Source of the DNA: a virus
IMG/VR virus record: IMGVR_UViG_3300029131_000002
Length of the DNA: 64,000 nt
Reading direction: 5' to 3' (one strand)
Both the position numbers and the translations under genes were made by a program. Within the stretch, counting starts at the first letter, position 1. Each line of letters starts with the position of its first letter. The notes under the pieces are model-generated. The model was given only the letters and a program-made list of their open reading frames with translations, did not search any database and was not told where the DNA came from. Below, piece after piece: positions 56,750 through 64,000 of this stretch.

Positions 56750-56959
56750 TCAGTCCTCCTTGTGCGCTTTGAAGCCGAAATGACAATCAAGTTCCAGATT
56801 CTGTCCGTAAGATACGATGCAATTGAGTTCGTAACTTTTTGCCTTTGCGCATTTTGAAATTAATGTGTTCAAGGCTTCTACGAACTCTTTACTGTCTTTT
56901 TCAGTGTATTCAATCATGTTCAGTACTCCTTGTATGGATCTTGGAATATTTTCTTGCAA
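56750..56959 (-). CDS. hypothetical protein
   Basis: 69 aa. Confidence 0.25.
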   Translation of the reverse strand: MQENIPRSIQGVLNMIEYTEKDSKEFVEALNTLISKCAKAKSYELNCIVSYGQNLELDCHFGFKAHKED

Positions 56960-57453
56960 TTCGATTGTTTGTTCTTATATTGCTCACTCATTGGAATCCA
57001 TCTGCAATTATTCGGCTCATAATTACCGTTAACATCTATACGGTCAATCGTAAAGCTATCGGAATATCCATTAGTTAAAGCCCATTGTATAAATGTCTTT
57101 TTATCATTTCTCCATTCATCGCACACAACAATCCCACGTTTGCCATAAGCATTATAGTGAATATCTTTTTCTCTATAGCACCTACTCATCATCGCTTTGT
57201 AACATCCTAACAATCTGCTTCCAGTCATTCCGTGCGTAATATTATTTTTGCTCATTTCTTTCAGATGCTCCTTGGCTAGACATCCGCATGAGTGATTTGT
57301 TTTCCTTGTTAAAACGTCCGCACTCGTTATGCATTCATTCCCGCAATCGCAAGTACATCTCCACATGGCATAATGCCTGTTTCCTATTCCAACAAACTCG
57401 ATTGCTACTAATTTACCAAATCTTTTACCCTTTAAATTCTTTACTTTTCCCAT
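56920..57453 (-). CDS. HNH homing endonuclease-like protein
   Basis: WRCTCDCGN zinc motif plus C-terminal FTIDRIDVNGNYEPNNCRWIP (HNH_3 signature). Confidence 0.55.
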   Translation of the reverse strand: MGKVKNLKGKRFGKLVAIEFVGIGNRHYAMWRCTCDCGNECITSADVLTRKTNHSCGCLAKEHLKEMSKNNITHGMTGSRLLGCYKAMMSRCYREKDIHYNAYGKRGIVVCDEWRNDKKTFIQWALTNGYSDSFTIDRIDVNGNYEPNNCRWIPMSEQYKNKQSNCKKIFQDPYKEY

Positions 57454-57882
57454 TTAAACATCATCTTCTTTCATTGGATTCGGAATTGGCCGCCATGCAA
57501 TAATACTGTCCTCCGCATAATATTGCGCTTCTTCCAAACTATACCAGCCATGCCCAATTGGATATCCCAGTACAGTTCTCTTACAAGAGCCATATCCTAC
57601 CATACAAACTTTTATTCCGTTCTTAAACGTCACCAGATACCTTCCGTCTTTCTCCGGAAGTCTCTCACTAACCGGAATCCAACCATTTTCTTTCTCGTCC
57701 TGTTCCAGATCAGTAAGAAGTAATTCTACAATTTTTGAGATATTATTTTTCGAGAAATAAGCTCCGTTCCCTGTGTTTTCCACCTCATTCTTCAATTGAA
57801 TTAATCTGTCTTTAATATGGCTCATGCTTCCACCTCTCGCTTGATTCCAAATATTCTTCCCATACAACCTGGAAATCATCAT
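57454..57882 (-). CDS. DUF551-like protein
   Basis: GWIPVSERLPEKDGRYLV motif typical of DUF551. Confidence 0.45.
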   Translation of the reverse strand: MMISRLYGKNIWNQARGGSMSHIKDRLIQLKNEVENTGNGAYFSKNNISKIVELLLTDLEQDEKENGWIPVSERLPEKDGRYLVTFKNGIKVCMVGYGSCKRTVLGYPIGHGWYSLEEAQYYAEDSIIAWRPIPNPMKEDDV

Positions 57883-58213
57883 GCATCATTCTTTGAGAAA
57901 TCATAAATCCAAGAACAAAATCGTTATTAATGTTTTGAATAAATTCTTTATCGCTCCCATGATTTCTCATGTATTCCTGAACCCTGTATGTTGCAGTTTT
58001 TATCTCATCAGTATTGCATATAATATCTCTAATTCCATTTATACTTCCTCGAAGCCGACGAATCCATTGTTTATTTTCTTTTCTATCTTCTTCCGCATCC
58101 ACCAGAAGAGTATTCACAATATCCAGCGCACTCCCTGGAAGCCCATGCTTATACTGTGATTTATTTTCTATCTCAGTTTTGTATTGTTCTAATCTGGTTC
58201 GTACTCTGCTCAT
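57812..58213 (-). CDS. hypothetical protein
   Basis: 133 aa. Confidence 0.3.
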   Translation of the reverse strand: MSRVRTRLEQYKTEIENKSQYKHGLPGSALDIVNTLLVDAEEDRKENKQWIRRLRGSINGIRDIICNTDEIKTATYRVQEYMRNHGSDKEFIQNINNDFVLGFMISQRMMHDDFQVVWEEYLESSERWKHEPY

Positions 58214-58428
58214 ACAACCACCTCTGTAAAATACTCATCTAACATTTCTTGAGATATCTCAATCCATCTGTTAACATTTACTCCGTCAAGATGAATTTCT
58301 CCATCAATAATTTTTTCATTTCCAACTTCGTAAACTTCGCCTACCTCAATTTCCATGTATCCGTCAACGTAAAATCCATCACCATCGTATGTATCTAACG
58401 TGAACGATTTCACGCATTTATACTTCAT
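58210..58428 (-). CDS. hypothetical protein
   Basis: 72 aa. Confidence 0.3.
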   Translation of the reverse strand: MKYKCVKSFTLDTYDGDGFYVDGYMEIEVGEVYEVGNEKIIDGEIHLDGVNVNRWIEISQEMLDEYFTEVVV

Positions 58429-58718
58429 ACTTCCACCTCCTCATAAGTTTCTCTGAATATATCTGGCTTACACGGATAAAATTCACCGTGAACACCTTTG
58501 ATGATGTAATCACCAATGTTTGCAAGATGTTCACCCTCGAGTGTCTTAATAACCAATCCGCCAGGAACCTTCCAATGGTCAATATAGAAATTCTTACCTT
58601 CTGCCGACATATACTGGTCTTTACACTGATAGTCCGTCAGAAAATCGAACATTTCTCGATGATTTGTACCAGTCCACTGAAGTGCATCAATTATAACTGG
58701 CTTCTTTCTGTACTTCAT
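58425..58718 (-). CDS. hypothetical protein
   Basis: 97 aa. Confidence 0.3.
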   Translation of the reverse strand: MKYRKKPVIIDALQWTGTNHREMFDFLTDYQCKDQYMSAEGKNFYIDHWKVPGGLVIKTLEGEHLANIGDYIIKGVHGEFYPCKPDIFRETYEEVEV

Positions 58719-59089
58719 ACTTCCACCTCACTATCCGCTGGCATCTGAAACAGGATTGATTTTCTTATCTCATTTCCATAGCCTTTTAATACAGCAATTC
58801 CATGTGCCACACTTTCTTTTGTATCATAGCTTCCTGTGTATGCTGATCCCGCCAACCCATTGCTAATAATTTCACCGGATTCGTAATCCATGTAGGCTTC
58901 CTGAATCATATCCAGTACTTTAAGGGCTTTTGCTTTGGTGGAATATTCTCCTAAAATAAAATATCCTCCACTTCTCTGTGCATCCTGCAAACTCCAACAT
59001 ATAACATTCAACGAATCTGGGAGTTTTAGATTTATTACAATGTTTTCAAACTTTACCAGCGCTGTTTTATCCTGACTTCTGATTAACAT
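58715..59089 (-). CDS. hypothetical protein
   Basis: 124 aa. Confidence 0.3.
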   Translation of the reverse strand: MLIRSQDKTALVKFENIVINLKLPDSLNVICWSLQDAQRSGGYFILGEYSTKAKALKVLDMIQEAYMDYESGEIISNGLAGSAYTGSYDTKESVAHGIAVLKGYGNEIRKSILFQMPADSEVEV

Positions 59090-59397
59090 TTTGTGTCCTC
59101 CTTATCATCGAATTCGCTCTTTAACATTCCAGCTTTGATAAGTTCATAGATAATATCAAGACTCGTTCTTTGATCTCTGTATCTGCAATTTGGTTTTTCG
59201 TGAATCCTCGGATCGTCGTCTTTCCAGGTGTTTACGCAAAATAATTTATCACTTACAAAAAGCGTCTTAATTCCTCTGGAAACACAAAGATAATAGCAGT
59301 TTGATTTGCCGTAATCTCCTACACATTTTTTGAAACCAAATCTTTTAAATTCTTTAGCCGGTACTGTTGGAATTAACATTTTACGTCCTCCTTGCAA
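59083..59397 (-). CDS. hypothetical protein
   Basis: 104 aa. Confidence 0.3.
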   Translation of the reverse strand: MQGGRKMLIPTVPAKEFKRFGFKKCVGDYGKSNCYYLCVSRGIKTLFVSDKLFCVNTWKDDDPRIHEKPNCRYRDQRTSLDIIYELIKAGMLKSEFDDKEDTKC

Positions 59398-59738
59398 TCC
59401 TCGATCGCAGCTATCATATCTTCGTACATAGCAATTGCATTTTTTAATCTACTTATCTCAGCATTGTACTCTTTTAAGAATTTATCTTTCGCAAACTGAT
59501 AATTTGGTTCTTTCAATACAATGTACTTTGTTAAAGTACCAAAAATTTTTCCAACATCTTCCTTCCTCACGAATCCAGCATAAATTCCATTTGGAAAATT
59601 TGTTAATGCTTTATAAGTTTTGGGTTTCTCGATTACCTCGCATTCTTCAGCTCTTATTTTGAAAACAGGCTTCTCAAATGTTCTGGTTTCTGGATTAAAT
59701 TTTTCGTTCCTGTCCAAAATATAGAAATATAATTTCAT
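59373..59738 (-). CDS. hypothetical protein
   Basis: 121 aa. Confidence 0.3.
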   Translation of the reverse strand: MKLYFYILDRNEKFNPETRTFEKPVFKIRAEECEVIEKPKTYKALTNFPNGIYAGFVRKEDVGKIFGTLTKYIVLKEPNYQFAKDKFLKEYNAEISRLKNAIAMYEDMIAAIEDCKEDVKC

Positions 59739-60091
59739 TCCGTGCCCTCCTGTTTCTTAAAATCCATCTTCAAGTCATAAACAAACTGGCAAAGTTTCTC
59801 TGCAATCTCATCTGCATTTTCTACATTTGCAAGCTGTCTGACATACTGCTTACCACACACAACACAAGTTAATTTTCTGATTGTTTCCCAGACCTGCCAT
59901 GAGATAATAGATGAATCAAAAGCATCCGTCATCAGAGAATTTCTTCCGTTCCCATTCTCATCTCTAAACCACTTTTCTCTCGGTACTTTTAATGTGGTTG
60001 CAACATCCTCTCTGGTAAGGCAACCTTTGTATTTCTCGTCCATGCGCTTTTCGAGTTCGTCCAGAAGTTCTTTCTTTTCCTGTTCTGTCAT
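59735..60091 (-). CDS. hypothetical protein (CxxC)
   Basis: 118 aa. Confidence 0.3.
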   Translation of the reverse strand: MTEQEKKELLDELEKRMDEKYKGCLTREDVATTLKVPREKWFRDENGNGRNSLMTDAFDSSIISWQVWETIRKLTCVVCGKQYVRQLANVENADEIAEKLCQFVYDLKMDFKKQEGTE

Positions 60092-60100
60092 TACGTCCTC

Positions 60101-60388
60101 CTAATATCTATCAAATTCAATATTGTTGTCTGAATAGAATCTGTATGAATCCTCTCTGATTTTCTTAACTTTACTCATGATAACTTCTTTCGCTTTACTG
60201 ACAGCTTCGTCAAAATCTTCTGTTTCAAGATCGTAGTTATCAATGTTCAGTGCCTTACTGTTGAGGAACAGCGCATCTCCGCATCCGAAATATTTGTGAA
60301 TACTGATTCCTAAAGAATTGCTTTTTAAAGTGAAAATACTTCCGGTTTCAGGTTTTTCGTTATACTTGGCATTACTTTTGAATTTCAT
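60101..60388 (-). CDS. hypothetical protein
   Basis: 95 aa. Confidence 0.3.
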   Translation of the reverse strand: MKFKSNAKYNEKPETGSIFTLKSNSLGISIHKYFGCGDALFLNSKALNIDNYDLETEDFDEAVSKAKEVIMSKVKKIREDSYRFYSDNNIEFDRY

Positions 60389-60505
60389 TTTCCATCCTCA
60401 CTTTCCCCATGTAAGCAACTGACACGCTATCGTGCAGTCCTCCATGATTTCTGTGTTAATATTTCCTCTGTCTGGTTCTAATTCATCAAGAAATAAACCA
60501 TTTAT

Positions 60506-60892
60506 TTACGCTCCAAATCTTCTGACCAATTCTTTAGTTTCTTCTGGAAATCTAATTTTCGTCTTCTCTTCGATTTCCTCCATCATGCTCATAAAGCTTC
60601 TCTCTCCGTTATTTGCCATCCTCACATACTCGTTAGCAAGATGAACTACATCCAGAAGCCTGTCTGTTGAAAACTTATGTTTCTTGTTCAAAGCCATCAT
60701 AATTGTTACAGTATTGACTACGGTCGCCCAATTATCGCCAGTATCAAAGCCGTCGTTGTAGGCTTGATCTCGCATTTCCTGTAGTTCCTTGTACGATTGC
60801 TTCATCGCTCTTCCGAATGCCTGTGACATTTGATTATCGCATTCCAACACCCTATTTTTCTTTGGTGCTTTCATCTTTAATTTGCTTCCCAT
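60506..60892 (-). CDS. hypothetical protein
   Basis: 128 aa. Confidence 0.3.
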   Translation of the reverse strand: MGSKLKMKAPKKNRVLECDNQMSQAFGRAMKQSYKELQEMRDQAYNDGFDTGDNWATVVNTVTIMMALNKKHKFSTDRLLDVVHLANEYVRMANNGERSFMSMMEEIEEKTKIRFPEETKELVRRFGA

Positions 60893-61151
60893 ATTTTTTC
60901 CTTTCGTATCTGTATTCCGTCAAACGGTATGCTCTTGATACTCCCGGATGTTCTGTGGCAATCAGAGAATCCATCTCCAATTGCCGCATATGTCTCTGGA
61001 CTGTACACTTTGTAAGGTCTGTTCCATCCATAATTTCTTCGTAAGAAGGCATGTATCCGTGTTTCTCAAAATACTTGACAAGAAATCCGTAAATATCATT
61101 TCTAGCAGATTGCCCCTCATTATATTTCCTCTGACGGTAATTCATAGGCAA
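60852..61151 (-). CDS. winged-helix DNA-binding protein
   Basis: IMDGTDLTKCTVQRHMRQLEMDSLIATEH is a LexA/MarR-like wHTH. Confidence 0.35.
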   Translation of the reverse strand: MPMNYRQRKYNEGQSARNDIYGFLVKYFEKHGYMPSYEEIMDGTDLTKCTVQRHMRQLEMDSLIATEHPGVSRAYRLTEYRYERKKYGKQIKDESTKEK

Positions 61152-61459
61152 AACGGATTTTCTTCCGCAGTATTACTTTTTTCTGCACGCATTTTATTTA
61201 ATCTTTCCGCAGCTTTCTTTTTCGCTTCATCGGAATATTTTCTCGGTGGGTTGATTTTAATGTAGGAATATGGTAAGTGAGCGAAAATAGATCCATCATT
61301 ATTTCTGGCAAGAATTTTCACATCATCTGGAAATTCCTTTTCTAATTCCTCACATCTGTTCTTCCAGGAACTTCCATTCTTAGCAGTAAGCCCTACATAA
61401 TCTCTTCTGGGAATCCACTTAAATAACGCATTCGTTTGTGTTTTCTGACATTCAATCAC
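61142..61459 (-). CDS. hypothetical protein
   Basis: 105 aa. Confidence 0.3.
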   Translation of the reverse strand: MIECQKTQTNALFKWIPRRDYVGLTAKNGSSWKNRCEELEKEFPDDVKILARNNDGSIFAHLPYSYIKINPPRKYSDEAKKKAAERLNKMRAEKSNTAEENPFCL

Positions 61460-61464
61460 GCTCC

Positions 61465-62361
61465 TTATATAAAATCTCCTATGCTCATTTGACTATCTTT
61501 TTCAAAAACAAGCATTTCGCTTTTTGCTCTGTTATAAAAATTTCTGTCAATTTCAAATCCGTATGCACTTCTGCCAAGTTCCATAGCGGCTCTCAATGTG
61601 CTGCCACTTCCACAGCAAGGGTCAATCACTACATCCCCAGGGTCAGTAAATATTTCAATCAGTCGTTTTAAAACTGATACTGGTTTCTGCGCTGGATGAA
61701 TTTTCGGAATATCTTTTCCGTCCTTCTCCCATTGAAACCAGTTGAATACCATTTTCCCAGTTCCACGAATAGTCTTTCCGTTTTCGTCCGTCTGTGCTCC
61801 ATTTCTGAATTTTGGAAGTTTATCTCTGTAGAATACAAGGGCATATTCTGTAGCACCTACCACACGCATATTTGCTTTAAGCACCTGTGGGCTGTAGTTT
61901 TTGATAAACACAAGTGGTATATAGTGAACAAAGCCATGTTTCGCAGCTGCATTGATCAGAGTTTGAATTTGTTCAAATGAGCAAAACACTATCATGCATG
62001 GTGCATCTGAACTTCTTCCTCTTGCGCCTGCCTTTTTTGGTTCTTTCTTCAACATTTTCGAGCAGAAATGGAAGTATTCATACAGGTTGAAATTGAAGTC
62101 AGAGTTAAATGCTGCTTTCCCGGCTAATTTGCTTTCACCGTTCTTATTGTCACCTCCTGCGTACCACATAGGGTTACTTCCATAAAAGTTATTTCCTACT
62201 ACATAAGGAATATCTGCTATGACCAATTGTGCTTTTGGTATGTTATAGCATTTTCTATTCTGGAAACTATCTCTGTATATTTCGCATTTCACCCGATTAT
62301 TCATATCTCCAATGAACTCCTTTGCACTCTTCGCCACATTCACACGATTTCTTAATTGCAT
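61465..62361 (-). CDS. DNA methyltransferase (N6-adenine/N4-cytosine, beta class), no partner restriction enzyme seen
   Basis: Motif IV VIADIPYVVG precedes motif I VIDPCCGSGST. Confidence 0.7.
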   Translation of the reverse strand: MQLRNRVNVAKSAKEFIGDMNNRVKCEIYRDSFQNRKCYNIPKAQLVIADIPYVVGNNFYGSNPMWYAGGDNKNGESKLAGKAAFNSDFNFNLYEYFHFCSKMLKKEPKKAGARGRSSDAPCMIVFCSFEQIQTLINAAAKHGFVHYIPLVFIKNYSPQVLKANMRVVGATEYALVFYRDKLPKFRNGAQTDENGKTIRGTGKMVFNWFQWEKDGKDIPKIHPAQKPVSVLKRLIEIFTDPGDVVIDPCCGSGSTLRAAMELGRSAYGFEIDRNFYNRAKSEMLVFEKDSQMSIGDFI

Positions 62362-62818
62362 ATCTACTTATTCCAGTTTGTTTTTCCGCATCAGATATAC
62401 TTCTGTATACATTTCCACTTTCAACGCATATTACAGGAAATGCCTTTCGTGTCATTCTATTCTCTATCATGTGAATCTGATTGCTTCTATGACTACACCA
62501 TTCTAAATTTTCTACACTATTATTATTTTTATCCCCATCAATGTGATTAACATCTGAAAAATTACTTTCGTTATGTAAAAACACTGTTGCAACCAATCTG
62601 TGAACATATAATTTTTTGCGCTTCTCATTTTTACTGAGTTGCACCTGGAGATAACCATTAGGCATTTTATATAGTGACAATATGCGTCCTACCGTCATTC
62701 TTACGCCACCATTTGAATTATTCTTTGCCTGGTGAGATATTGATTTTACCTTTCCACTGTTACTTACTTGATATAGCCCTTCATATCCTGGAATGTCTTT
62801 CCATATTTCATTTATCAT
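62297..62818 (-). CDS. NUMOD4-HNH homing endonuclease
   Basis: WKDIPGYEGLYQVSNSGKVKS (NUMOD4) and VNHIDGDKNNNSVENLEWCSHRSN (HNH). Confidence 0.7.
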   Translation of the reverse strand: MINEIWKDIPGYEGLYQVSNSGKVKSISHQAKNNSNGGVRMTVGRILSLYKMPNGYLQVQLSKNEKRKKLYVHRLVATVFLHNESNFSDVNHIDGDKNNNSVENLEWCSHRSNQIHMIENRMTRKAFPVICVESGNVYRSISDAEKQTGISRYAIKKSCECGEECKGVHWRYE

Positions 62819-62927
62819 TATTCAAAAGAAGCCCGGTGCACCCTTACGTCAGCTGAAGGCAAGCTCCTTTCATTTTTTTATTTTTTATCTTTGGAATTTA
62901 GCCAGTAGAACTACTGGTGTGTTAGAA

Positions 62928-63527
62928 TCAGTGATAGTTTTCTTCATTGAGTAATTCGTTGAATTTTTCCAACGCCTTAATAGATACTTTGTTATTTGCT
63001 TTTTCTGGTCTGATTGATACATTTAAGTGAATATCAATGATGTGTTTTAGTTCTCTTGCAAGGGTTATTTTGCCTTGTTGGATTCCCTGTCTGTATGTCT
63101 TTGGTGGTTTATATTGCCCTGTTACTTGCTTTCCTGTTGACTGTCCACCAGCTGTAATATTGTACATCTGGAAGCCTTTATCTGCAAAAGCCTTGATTGT
63201 TTCAATTTCTTTCTGGTCAAGTTCATCCTTTCTACATGTTCTATATGAAAGTTTCCATCCAGTAGGATTACTTTCACTGTAAAACTTATGCTTTTTAAGG
63301 CTTAATGCTATGTGATCGTATTCCCCTAAATGGCTCGCACATCTCTCACGAAGTCTGAGTGCTTGCCCCACATAACTGCGTCGAATACCGGCTTCATCTA
63401 TCCTGTAAAAAGCATATATGCCACTAGAATTCGGAATCCCTGGACATATCTTCTTTATTCGCTCTTCTCGTTCTTTCTTTATTGCGAATATTTGTGCGTA
63501 ATTCAAATTTAGATCATCTTCTTTCAA
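62928..63527 (-). CDS. GIY-YIG homing endonuclease
   Basis: SGIYAFYRIDE..SYVGQA..R..H..GEYD motif order. Confidence 0.6.
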   Translation of the reverse strand: MKEDDLNLNYAQIFAIKKEREERIKKICPGIPNSSGIYAFYRIDEAGIRRSYVGQALRLRERCASHLGEYDHIALSLKKHKFYSESNPTGWKLSYRTCRKDELDQKEIETIKAFADKGFQMYNITAGGQSTGKQVTGQYKPPKTYRQGIQQGKITLARELKHIIDIHLNVSIRPEKANNKVSIKALEKFNELLNEENYH

Positions 63528-63562
63528 CCGAACGCTACCTGTCCGTTATTTTGCATATGCTT

Positions 63563-63931
63563 CTAATTATCTAAAATATCTGGGTTTTCGCATTCCATAG
63601 CAACTGCAACATCTTCAATGAATTCATCCGGGATATAGATTCCAGCTTGCTTACAAATAGCATATTGTACTTTTGCAATGCTACGGATATCCGCTCCCTG
63701 CATTTTCATAGTATTTGTTAAAACTTTAAGGAGATTTGCAACTCCACCATGAGAATGAGGAATTTTCATTTCAGCGAGTTTGTTATTGGTAGTTTCTTTT
63801 AACTGATTTTCCATTTTCTTCCTCGTTTCCAGTCTTTTTTGATTAAACCATCCTAAATAGCTGTTAAATAAGTCGTCAAATGAATTGCTATTGCTAATTG
63901 CATTAGAAATGGTTTTGTATGTATCTTTCAA
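63563..63931 (-). CDS. hypothetical protein
   Basis: 122 aa. Confidence 0.3.
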   Translation of the reverse strand: MKDTYKTISNAISNSNSFDDLFNSYLGWFNQKRLETRKKMENQLKETTNNKLAEMKIPHSHGGVANLLKVLTNTMKMQGADIRSIAKVQYAICKQAGIYIPDEFIEDVAVAMECENPDILDN

Positions 63932-64000
63932 CCATAATTGAAGAATATATTTTCCATTTTCATGAAACCAGTAATAAGCTTTTGCTTTGTCGGTTCTTAT

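Overview
The whole 64-kb window appears to be phage DNA from a low-GC Firmicutes-type host (AAGGAGG-type ribosome-binding sites, about 90% of genes on the minus strand). Read in the minus-strand direction:

- A late structural block runs from 32.5 to 7.4 kb: SPFH membrane protein, terminase large subunit, portal, scaffold, decoration protein, major capsid and head-tail connector. Next comes an odd low-complexity cargo cluster, then a diversity-generating retroelement (DGR; tail-fibre-like target carrying the variable repeat, then template repeat, then reverse transcriptase), small structural proteins, a holin, the major tail protein, the G/T chaperone pair with a frameshift signal, and a 1994-aa tape measure.
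- Below that lie an HNH endonuclease, a replication-initiator-like helix-turn-helix protein, a lipoprotein, a zinc-ribbon membrane protein and an antirepressor.
- Above 32.5 kb lie an array of small cysteine-rich proteins; four tRNAs (one with an opal-suppressor-type UCA anticodon); a small serine recombinase next to a Bro-N antirepressor; and an AT-rich non-coding region with two small promoter-to-terminator units.
- Further up are a ribbon-helix-helix gene flanked by identical 46-bp direct repeats; a plus-strand island of individually terminated accessory genes; a 1.2-kb ORF-free region with a consensus sigma70 promoter; and a large serine integrase.
- The top of the window holds a replication/early module: replisome organizer, radical SAM protein plus MazG, YopX, DUF551, three HNH endonucleases and one GIY-YIG endonuclease, and an orphan DNA methyltransferase.

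No CRISPR array or rRNA is present. The clearest discovery is the complete DGR, whose template and variable repeats differ only at template adenines. In one place (around 13.70-13.78 kb) my hand-counted positions were 1 nt off the ORF track; ORF-track coordinates are used for CDS features, while small elements I placed myself keep hand-counted positions that may be a few nt off.
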